From the NCBI GenBank assembly GCA_014240275.1, contig JAAZXH010000006.1, forward strand, positions 12,749 through 76,748: a stretch of 64,000 nt of DNA, read 5' to 3'. This DNA is from Candidatus Peregrinibacteria bacterium. Its GTDB lineage: Bacteria > Patescibacteriota > Gracilibacteria > UBA1369 > GCA-2718715. The notes beneath the pieces are model-generated. The model was not told the origin of the DNA, did not search any database, and saw only the letters and a list, made by a program, of their open reading frames with translations. The position numbers and the translations under genes are program-made. Positions 1 to 9,504 of this stretch are shown in pieces. Position 1 is the first letter of the stretch; each line of letters starts with the position of its first letter.

Positions 1-1144
1 TATGCGGAAAATCTACCTTCGCACCATCTACAGAAGAAGAGGTTTGCTGCAATGCAGATTTATCTTTATAAATAAACTCAACACGAGCAGGCAGAGACTC
101 ATTACCTAAATCATCAATCGCTTTAACTTCAAATATATTTTTTCCAAGCACGATATTCCCATTCGAACCATCATAAGATGCATAGTAAATAAAACTACCT
201 GAACCAGGTTTAAATTCTTTCAAAATGTAAGGAACTGGAACACCAGCATCAAAACTAGTTACCATAACCTTATCTGTATTAGTTGGAACTGTACCACGTA
301 TAATAACTCTTTCTTCTGTTTCTACAGACGCATTTAATGGTTCGGTAATTTTTACCGGTGAATTTAATGAAACAGCTAAAGGAGTACTTTCTAAACTAAT
401 ATCATCTGACTTACTAACCTGGTTAGCAACAGGTGAATAATCAGACAAAACTCTCGGTGTTTCTAAGCGCAAAAACTGTTGGTACGCCTTATTGTCTAAA
501 GTTAATTTCGAATCTGAAGAAACTAAAACGGAGTCATAAGTAGATTTTGTTTCCAAGTCTAAAACATTTACCAAAGCATCACCATTTTCAATAGCAACCT
601 CAATTGGTAAACCAGATTTAATAGTACCTAACATTTTTGACGCAACGACACTTACATAATTCAAATCAAAACTCAATTGATTTAAAGTGGAGCTAGCTGT
701 ATCTATATCTAAAGTACCAGAATTCAATTTAAATTTATCAATTGGAACTTCCAAAACCTCAGTACCCAAATATTCTAACTCGGTTTGTGGCTTTAGAGTA
801 AGCTCAGCCCGAGATGGAGTTAAAAGATCTAAACTACCATCAGATCTAACTTGAACAATTGCACCAGGATTCACAACAGTCTCTAAAGTAATTGGTGAAA
901 AATCAGCCTCTAAACTACTCTTAACATAAACTTCCCCATCAAAACTTTTAACTTCTAAGAAAGTTAAAAGTTTTGAATCTGAAGAACCAGCAAAAAAATT
1001 ATAGATTCCATTTAAACAAAAACCAAAAAGTATCAAAAGTATCAAAACTAAAAAAGGCTTAAACATTCCTTTCCAGCGTGAAAGATCAACTCCAGAAGAC
1101 TTAGATTTTCGGTGACGATTTGGTCTGTAATAATAGTGTTGCAT
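1..1144 (-). CDS. Hypothetical membrane-anchored protein, partial (runs off the left edge; absent from the supplied ORF track)
   Basis: My own translation of the minus strand from ATG at 1142-1144 is open for 381 codons to position 2. It begins MQHYYYRPNRHRKSKSS..., has one TM segment (FLVLILLILFGFCL), then a long Ser/Thr/Val-rich, beta-looking ectodomain. No family recognised. Confidence 0.6.
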   Translation of the reverse strand, partial: MQHYYYRPNRHRKSKSSGVDLSRWKGMFKPFLVLILLILFGFCLNGIYNFFAGSSDSKLLTFLEVKSFDGEVYVKSSLEADFSPITLETVVNPGAIVQVRSDGSLDLLTPSRAELTLKPQTELEYLGTEVLEVPIDKFKLNSGTLDIDTASSTLNQLSFDLNYVSVVASKMLGTIKSGLPIEVAIENGDALVNVLDLETKSTYDSVLVSSDSKLTLDNKAYQQFLRLETPRVLSDYSPVANQVSKSDDISLESTPLAVSLNSPVKITEPLNASVETEERVIIRGTVPTNTDKVMVTSFDAGVPVPYILKEFKPGSGSFIYYASYDGSNGNIVLGKNIFEVKAIDDLGNESLPARVEFIYKDKSALQQTSSSVDGAKVDFPH

Positions 1145-1185
1145 ATCAAAAATTATTTTCTTATAAAGAATATCCAAATTTCAAA

Positions 1186-2613
1186 CTAAAGTCCAACTTG
1201 AAATTTAATATCTTCTAATTGTTTTTTTAAATTTAAATCTTTTTTCAAAGCCTTTCCTATTTTATTACAAGCATGCATAGCCGTTGTATGGTTACGTCCA
1301 CCAAATTCCATACCTATCTTTTCATAAGAATAACCAAAGTCTTTCCGCAAAATATAGATAGCAACCTGCCGAGGAATCATAATTTCACGACTTCTACGCT
1401 CGCCAACTAAATCAAAACGTGAAAGGTTATAAAAACAAGCTACTGTTTCTATAACATCCTTGCAAGATAACATTTTAGAACCAGGATTATGCTGATTCAA
1501 AGTAACTTCTTGCTTGGCAACTACCATTCCCATTTTCTGTAAAATACCGGTAACCATTTCAATACTTGCTGGCATTTGAATCAGCTTAGACTGTGCTACA
1601 ACCTGAGTTAAAATACCTTCAAGCTCTCTAATACTACCTTGAATATTTTGAGCCATAAAACTTAAAACTTCTTGGTCAATAAACAGCTGTTGTTGCTGAG
1701 ATTTTTGAATCAAAATAGCTAAACAAGTCTCATAATCGGGGCGTGAAATATCTACTATCATCCCCATTTCAAAGCGAGAAACTAAACGATCTTCAACACC
1801 AGCTAAATCCTTTGGAGGTTTATCAGAACTAATAATAATTTGCTTAGATTCATGATACAACTCATTAAAGGTATGGAAAAATTCTTCTTGGGTCCTTCCC
1901 TTTCCAGCTAAAAACTGAATATCGTCAATAATTAAACAATCGACATTTCTATACTTATTACGAAAGCTCTTCACTCCATTTTTTTTAATAGATTCAATAA
2001 TCTCATTAGTAAATTTTTCAGCAGTTACATAAACTACTACCGAAGAGGCACGATTTTTTAAAATTTCATTCCCTGTGCCTTGCAACAAATGAGTTTTACC
2101 TAAACCTACATTACCATATACAAACAAAGGGTTATACGCATGACCAGGTTTAATAGCTACTGCTTGACAAGCAGCTTGAGCTAAGCGATTATTATCTCCA
2201 ACTACAAAGTTTTCTAGAGTATATTTCTGATTCATCATTTTTGAAACAATCTGCGAAGAACCTCGAGCAGAATCACTAAACCTGTAACGCATTTCTTGCT
2301 TATTATTCACCTTACGTGAGGAAGTCTTTACCTTGCCAAAAATTTCTGGTAATTGAATTTTTTGTTCCGGAGTTAGTGTTTGAACAACAAATTCGAGATT
2401 TTCTACAGATAAGTTTAACTGAGCAAAAACTTCTAAAATTTGTTTATGATAACGTTTTTCAATCCACTCTTTCGCAAAAATACTTGGCACAGCAATATTG
2501 GCCTTTGAACCTTCTATTTGCAATAAAGCGGTATCACGAAACCAGACCATAAACTCGGCTCTTTTAATAACTCCACTGAGAGTTTTCAAAATTTTTATCC
2601 AGTTTTCATGCAT
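1186..2613 (-). CDS. dnaA: Chromosomal replication initiator DnaA
   Basis: Walker A GNVGLGKTHLL, Walker B LIIDDIQFL, sensor IRELEGIL, and domain IV RQVAIYILRK...GGRNHTTAMHACNKI. Confidence 0.95.
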   Translation of the reverse strand: MHENWIKILKTLSGVIKRAEFMVWFRDTALLQIEGSKANIAVPSIFAKEWIEKRYHKQILEVFAQLNLSVENLEFVVQTLTPEQKIQLPEIFGKVKTSSRKVNNKQEMRYRFSDSARGSSQIVSKMMNQKYTLENFVVGDNNRLAQAACQAVAIKPGHAYNPLFVYGNVGLGKTHLLQGTGNEILKNRASSVVVYVTAEKFTNEIIESIKKNGVKSFRNKYRNVDCLIIDDIQFLAGKGRTQEEFFHTFNELYHESKQIIISSDKPPKDLAGVEDRLVSRFEMGMIVDISRPDYETCLAILIQKSQQQQLFIDQEVLSFMAQNIQGSIRELEGILTQVVAQSKLIQMPASIEMVTGILQKMGMVVAKQEVTLNQHNPGSKMLSCKDVIETVACFYNLSRFDLVGERRSREIMIPRQVAIYILRKDFGYSYEKIGMEFGGRNHTTAMHACNKIGKALKKDLNLKKQLEDIKFQVGL

Positions 2614-4142
2614 TAAAAACGAATTATATCAAAAATGGTTACTATTATAATGAATGCCATCAAAATAATAAAGCCAAATAAATGTAAAACAGCCTCTATT
2701 TTAGGATTAATAGGTTTTTTAGTTATAACTTCAATTATTACAAATAATAATCTACCTCCATCTAGAGCTGGGATTGGTAAAATATTTAGAACTGCCAAAG
2801 ACAAGGAAATAATTGCAATAAAATTCAAAAAATCAGGTAAGCCTTGATCTAAGACCAAAGAACCCATACTAACGACCTTCAAAGGACCACCAACCTGGTT
2901 AGAAACTTCAGCCTTTGTAAAAATATCAGAAATAGTACTCAAAAAAATCGAGACAGTCTGAACTGCAAAAGTTGGAGCCTGACTCAAAGCTACCCAAGGA
3001 GCTTGATAAAAAGGATATTGATCTTTTTTCAAAATATCTAAAAAAAACGGATGGCTATCAATCCAAAAATTAAGTCCTAGGTCCTGTAAGCTAAACTTCT
3101 TAGATAAATAAACGCCCATCTGACCTTCACTATTTAACTTAACCTCTAAATTGTTAATAGACTGATTCTCTTGTAAAACTTTTAAGTTCACATTCTGATT
3201 AGCGTGCTTTAAATTATATGTACGCAATTGCTCAAAACTTTCAACTGACATATCATCTAATGCTAAAATCCTGTCACCTATTTGTAAATCATTATTTTGT
3301 AAAGTAGTAGTCTCTGAAATACCAGCCACTACTAATCCTGCCAATTGCTTAGAAACTGACAAATTCAAATATTCACCATCTCTTAAAACTAATAATTCCA
3401 AATCTGTAGACTGCTCAAATTCAGCTACTAAAATGTTAATATCAAAAGGATTCAAACCATTAATCTGCAATAGTTTATCACCAGCTTGTAAAGTATCTAC
3501 AAAAACCGAATCCTTAGATACGTCACTAATATGCAAAGTTGGTAAACTAATATACGGCATAAGTTTTAAACCAAAATTCTCTAAACTTTCACGATTCACA
3601 TTTCTTAAAACCTTACTACCCCATAACAAGTGACCATCTACATTTAAACTTATTTTCTGATTCTTCAGATCAACATATTCAGAGGCTGGAGCATCCAAAC
3701 TAACTTCTGGGGTAACTGAATGTACCGCTTGAATTTTTTCATCTAAGATAGCATATTTAAGATCTTCTTCAGACTGTAACATCGGATTCATACCTAAAGT
3801 AAAAGCAATGGAAGACAGCATCCAAAAAACCAAAAAATTCATCAATACACCACCCAAAATTATCTGAGTTTTTTGCCAAGAAGACTTCGAAGCAAAACTT
3901 TTTTTATCTTTTAAAATCTTGGGATCATGTGCGTCTTCTCCATACAACTTTACATAACCACCAAATGGAATCAAATTAATTGCAAATCGAGTTCCATCTT
4001 TAATAAAACTCCATATCTTAGGAGGAAATCCAATTGCAAACTCCAAAACCTTCACGCCATTTTTTTTGGCAAAATAATAGTGCCCCCACTCATGAATTAA
4101 AATCAAAAGTGATAGTGCAATTAAACTAAGTAAAATTCCCAT
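2613..4142 (-). CDS. rseP: Site-2 (M50) intramembrane metalloprotease, RseP family, with PDZ region
   Basis: N-terminal HEWGHY (HExxH) in a TM helix, C-terminal NILPIPALDGG motif, and a long PDZ-like middle region. Its TAA stop overlaps the dnaA ATG (TAATG). Confidence 0.85.
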   Translation of the reverse strand: MGILLSLIALSLLILIHEWGHYYFAKKNGVKVLEFAIGFPPKIWSFIKDGTRFAINLIPFGGYVKLYGEDAHDPKILKDKKSFASKSSWQKTQIILGGVLMNFLVFWMLSSIAFTLGMNPMLQSEEDLKYAILDEKIQAVHSVTPEVSLDAPASEYVDLKNQKISLNVDGHLLWGSKVLRNVNRESLENFGLKLMPYISLPTLHISDVSKDSVFVDTLQAGDKLLQINGLNPFDINILVAEFEQSTDLELLVLRDGEYLNLSVSKQLAGLVVAGISETTTLQNNDLQIGDRILALDDMSVESFEQLRTYNLKHANQNVNLKVLQENQSINNLEVKLNSEGQMGVYLSKKFSLQDLGLNFWIDSHPFFLDILKKDQYPFYQAPWVALSQAPTFAVQTVSIFLSTISDIFTKAEVSNQVGGPLKVVSMGSLVLDQGLPDFLNFIAIISLSLAVLNILPIPALDGGRLLFVIIEVITKKPINPKIEAVLHLFGFIILMAFIIIVTIFDIIRF

Positions 4143-4145
4143 AAA

Positions 4146-4706
4146 TTAAACTTTTAATATATCTTGTTCCTTGTTTTTTGACAACTCCTCTACGTCTTTA
4201 TTCGTAGAATCAACTTTATCTTGTAGTTTTTTTTCACATCTGTTTTGTTCGTCTTCAGAAATCTCATCAGACGATTTTAATTCTTTTAAACCTTGCTGTA
4301 CTTTTTGACGCGCCTGTCGAATAGAAATCTTAGCCTCTTCAGTAAACTTACTAACCACCTTAACTAATTCACGTCTTCTTTCTTCACTCAAAGGTGGAAT
4401 GTTAATAATAATCGATTCACCATTATTATTAGGGTTAAAACCCAATTGAGCTTTTAATATACCTTGCTCAATATCTCCTATCACACTTCTATCGAACGGT
4501 TTAATCAAAATAGACTTTGCATCCTGAACAATTATTTGAGCCACATTTTTAACCGGCTGCTTAGAACCATAAACTTCAACCAAAACATCTTCAAACAACT
4601 CAGGGTTAGCCCTGCCAACCTGTAATTTAGAAAACTCTTTGCGCATATGGGCAACAGAAGCTTCTGCTGATTTATCAAAATTATCTAATAAAGCATTAGC
4701 ACTCAT
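4146..4706 (-). CDS. frr: Ribosome recycling factor
   Basis: 186 aa with typical Frr sequence (RANPELFEDVLVEVYGS...IINIPPLSEERRRELVK) in the canonical pyrH-frr position. Confidence 0.95.
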   Translation of the reverse strand: MSANALLDNFDKSAEASVAHMRKEFSKLQVGRANPELFEDVLVEVYGSKQPVKNVAQIIVQDAKSILIKPFDRSVIGDIEQGILKAQLGFNPNNNGESIIINIPPLSEERRRELVKVVSKFTEEAKISIRQARQKVQQGLKELKSSDEISEDEQNRCEKKLQDKVDSTNKDVEELSKNKEQDILKV

Positions 4707-4723
4707 AAAAAAAAATTAAATAT

Positions 4724-5428
4724 CTAATATATTAAAGTCCCAAGACTAGAATCAAGATAAACTTTATCCAAATTCTCATACTTTGTAAAATCAAAAACCA
4801 TGATCTTTAAAGAATTTTCACATGCCATTCCAAAGGCAGTCAAATCCATAATCTTCAATTTTAACTCTAAAGCTTCCTGGTAAGAAAGAGTATCAAATCG
4901 TTTAGCATCATCATTCTTCATTGGATCTTTATCATACACTCCATCTACCTTGGTAGCCTTATAAACCACATCACAATCCAACTCTAAAGCCCGCAAAACT
5001 GCAGCTAAATCTGTTGTACAAAAAGGATATCCCGTGCCACCTGCCAATAAAACAATTTTACCTTTTTCCATAGAAGCCTTTGCTGCATCAGCAGAGTAAT
5101 CCAAAGCTAAATCTGCAATCGGAAAAGCGGAATGGACCTTAGACTCACCTCCAACTTCCTTTATCTTTTCTGCTAATAAAACTGCATTAAATACTGTCGC
5201 GGTCATACCCATTTTATCAGAAGTTAACCTAGGCAAGCCAGAACTAGTATTATCTCGATATCTCCAAATATTACCAGCACCTACCACCACAGCCAATTCA
5301 ACTTCATATTTTTTTTGAAACTCAACTAGAACAAAAGCTAAAGTTTTTAACTTATTATAGTCAAAACTGTTATTTTCATCTGAGAATAAATCTCCAGACA
5401 TCTTTAATAAAATTCTCTTATACTTCAT
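4724..5428 (-). CDS. pyrH: UMP kinase
   Basis: MKYKRILLKMSGDLF... and GAGNIWR, GGTGYPFCTTD motifs. I place the start at Met23 of the track ORF (ATG 5426-5428), which forms an ATGA overlap with the upstream ORF stop. Confidence 0.92.
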   Translation of the reverse strand: MKYKRILLKMSGDLFSDENNSFDYNKLKTLAFVLVEFQKKYEVELAVVVGAGNIWRYRDNTSSGLPRLTSDKMGMTATVFNAVLLAEKIKEVGGESKVHSAFPIADLALDYSADAAKASMEKGKIVLLAGGTGYPFCTTDLAAVLRALELDCDVVYKATKVDGVYDKDPMKNDDAKRFDTLSYQEALELKLKIMDLTAFGMACENSLKIMVFDFTKYENLDKVYLDSSLGTLIY

Positions 5429-5805
5429 TTCAAAAAAATTAAAAATATTATCAGCCCAACAAACATACCAAGCACTAGGCCTGAAAGTATCCAAGATACC
5501 TTATGTTCATCAGACTCAGAATCAGATTCAAAAGCTGCCAATTCAACTAAAAACTGTGGCGCTATTTTTACAATTTGCTTACCATATAAATTTAACAGCT
5601 CCTCTTGATCATAACGCAACAAAAACTGAACCAATTTAGCTAAAGTAATTTCCATATGACCATGATTGTCAACTTGCAATTCTGGCTGAGTAACGGAGCT
5701 TAATTTAGAACTACGCTCTATATGAAAATCTGAGTTTTCTTGAAAATCTACTTTTTCAATCGGAACTTTAATAGGTTTTTCAGACATAAATATGATTACA
5801 AGCAT
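5425..5805 (-). CDS. Hypothetical tail-anchored membrane protein
   Basis: ORF with an acidic body and a single C-terminal TM (ILSGLVLGMFVGLIIFLIFL), ATGA-coupled to pyrH. The start could be 5805 or 5787. No family recognised. Confidence 0.5.
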   Translation of the reverse strand: MLVIIFMSEKPIKVPIEKVDFQENSDFHIERSSKLSSVTQPELQVDNHGHMEITLAKLVQFLLRYDQEELLNLYGKQIVKIAPQFLVELAAFESDSESDEHKVSWILSGLVLGMFVGLIIFLIFLK

Positions 5806-5861
5806 ATTTTACCAGAAACCAAACTAAAAGGCCAAGCAGAAATACTTGGCCAAATTCAAAT

Positions 5862-7508
<1,647 letters not shown>

Positions 7509-7512
7509 TTAA

Positions 7513-7806
7513 TTATTCAACAATAGCCATAACATCCGACTCTTTTAAGAGCATATATTTTTCGCTAGCAGAAAGCTCTACATCATCTGGCGCATATTTA
7601 CGAAAAACTACAATTTGACCAACCATCAATTGCATTGGAACCAACTCCCCTTGATCATTCTTACGACCCGGACCAATAGCTAAGACTTTACCCTGGCCGG
7701 CTTTTTTATCATCTTTCTCAGGCAAATATAGTCCAGAGGCAGTTTGATTATCCTTTTGAATTGGCTCAACAACAATGTAGTCTGCCAAAGGTTTTAATTT
7801 TATCAT
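7513..7806 (-). CDS. groES: Co-chaperonin GroES
   Basis: 97 aa Cpn10 (IKLKPLADYIVVEP...GKVLAIGPG) immediately upstream of groEL. Confidence 0.95.
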   Translation of the reverse strand: MIKLKPLADYIVVEPIQKDNQTASGLYLPEKDDKKAGQGKVLAIGPGRKNDQGELVPMQLMVGQIVVFRKYAPDDVELSASEKYMLLKESDVMAIVE

Positions 7807-7820
7807 TCTTATATATTAAA

Positions 7821-7847
7821 TTAGCACTCTTAATTTTACAGTGCTAA
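7821..7847. promoter_or_regulatory. CIRCE (HrcA operator) inverted repeat upstream of groES
   Basis: TTAGCACTC-N9-CAGTGCTAA has one mismatch to the consensus TTAGCACTC-N9-GAGTGCTAA. It lies 15 nt upstream of the groES start. Confidence 0.8.
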
Positions 7848-7883
7848 TTTTTATTTTCAAGTGGATTTTAAAATTCTAAAAAT

Positions 7884-9392
7884 TTATGAAGCTTCTGCCT
7901 CCAAGCGTTTTTCACGCAAAACATGCACTTTAACCTGGCCCGAATACTGCATATCACTTTCAATTTTTTTAGAAATATCAACCGCTAAAGTCATAACTCT
8001 CAAATCATCAACCTTATCAACGTTAGCAATTACTCTAACCTGATTCCCATTATTGATAGCAAATGCTTCAGAAACCTCACCAAATGACTTAGCAATATTT
8101 TCCAACTCTGTTAGACGGCTTACAAAAGTTTCAAAATTATTTTTACCTATTCCAGGTCGGCTACAAACTAAATTATAAGCAATGTTTACAACTATAGCCG
8201 GTAGATTATCTGATGGATCTACAACTTCTGCAACTGCAAGAGCTAAACGATCTGCCAATCCAAACTTACGAATAATATCTGCTCCAACTTCGCTATATTT
8301 GCCAGAGACCTCATGATTCACCGCCTTACCAATTGAGTTTAATAAAGCCACCCTTTTAACAAAAGATGTATCAACATTTAACTCAGCTGCCAACACCGCT
8401 GCCAAATTGGCAACTTCAATAGATTGCTTTAACACATTTTGACCATTATTTGTACGAAATTTTAAGCGACCAAGCAAAGTTAAAATTTCAGGGGGCAATC
8501 CTGCTACACCAGCCTTGTAAGCTGCTTTTTCGCCTAAGTTATAAATTAATTCGTCAACTTCTTCCTGAACTTTTAAAACAACCTCTTCGATTCGAGCAGG
8601 ATGAATTCTTCCATCAGAAACTAAACGCTCCAATGCAATTTTAGCGATATACCTCCGTTTTAAATCAAAACCAGAAATCAAAACCACGCCTGGAGTATCA
8701 TCAACCACTACATCTACTCCTGTTAATCTTTCAAAAGACTGAATATTTCGACCTTCTTTACCAATTATTCGCCCTTTCATATCATCAGATGGTAAATCTA
8801 CTATGGTAGAGGTGTTTTCTGAAGCAATTTCCGAAGCATTTTTTTGCATAGCTAAAGCTAAAATCATTTTAGATTTCTCAACTGAGTCTTTCTTGACCTC
8901 AGATATAAGTGATTTAGCATAATCAGCCAATAATTCAGCATGATCAGATTGCACTTTTTCAAACATAAAATCCTTTGCTTGTTCCTGAGTCATACCTGAT
9001 ATTTTTTGTAACTGTTGATCTTGTAAAGTCAACATTTCTTTGTATTTTCCCTGAGTTTCTTTTGTTATTTGCAAATTCTTATCAATTTCTAAACGTTCTT
9101 TGTCTAGAGCATCTAATTGATTTTCTAAATCTTGCTCTCGTTTTAAAAGTTTCGATTGTTTTGCCTCCATTTCTTTTCTGACACCTCGCTCCTTTTCTTT
9201 AGATTCTTGCTGCAACTTGCGAAACTTACCTTCCGCATCGTGCAACATATCGTCAGCTTTTTGCTTAGCTTGTTCAAGAGTCACCTTAGACTCTTGTTGC
9301 AAACCTGCTAACGTTTTATTCAACAAGGCTTTCGATACAACAAATCCAGCTATAATACCTAATAATAAATATAAAAATTCCATAAAAAACAA
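7884..9392 (-). CDS. rny: RNase Y homologue (N-terminal TM, coiled coil, KH, HD-like domain with degenerate catalytic residues)
   Basis: TM helix, Lys/Glu-rich coiled coil, KH motif GRIIGKEGRNIQSFERLTG, DGRIHPARIEE, then a colinear HD-type domain. The conserved His/Asp positions of that domain are replaced (see finding). Confidence 0.85.
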   Translation of the reverse strand: MFFMEFLYLLLGIIAGFVVSKALLNKTLAGLQQESKVTLEQAKQKADDMLHDAEGKFRKLQQESKEKERGVRKEMEAKQSKLLKREQDLENQLDALDKERLEIDKNLQITKETQGKYKEMLTLQDQQLQKISGMTQEQAKDFMFEKVQSDHAELLADYAKSLISEVKKDSVEKSKMILALAMQKNASEIASENTSTIVDLPSDDMKGRIIGKEGRNIQSFERLTGVDVVVDDTPGVVLISGFDLKRRYIAKIALERLVSDGRIHPARIEEVVLKVQEEVDELIYNLGEKAAYKAGVAGLPPEILTLLGRLKFRTNNGQNVLKQSIEVANLAAVLAAELNVDTSFVKRVALLNSIGKAVNHEVSGKYSEVGADIIRKFGLADRLALAVAEVVDPSDNLPAIVVNIAYNLVCSRPGIGKNNFETFVSRLTELENIAKSFGEVSEAFAINNGNQVRVIANVDKVDDLRVMTLAVDISKKIESDMQYSGQVKVHVLREKRLEAEAS

Positions 9393-9504
9393 TAATATTA
9401 AACATAGGAAATTTTACCTAATTTTTTTCAAAAAATCAAATTTAGACAGAATTTATAAATCTTAAAAAAAAAAGGAATAGAGTAAAAGTATCTAACCAAA
9501 ATAT

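Noticed and set aside
1145-2620. Expectation of oriC and DnaA-box clusters flanking dnaA
   Set aside because: The flanks are 41 bp on one side and a 1-nt overlap with rseP on the other. I found no perfect TTATCCACA/TGTGGATAA in the window, only scattered single-mismatch matches inside genes.
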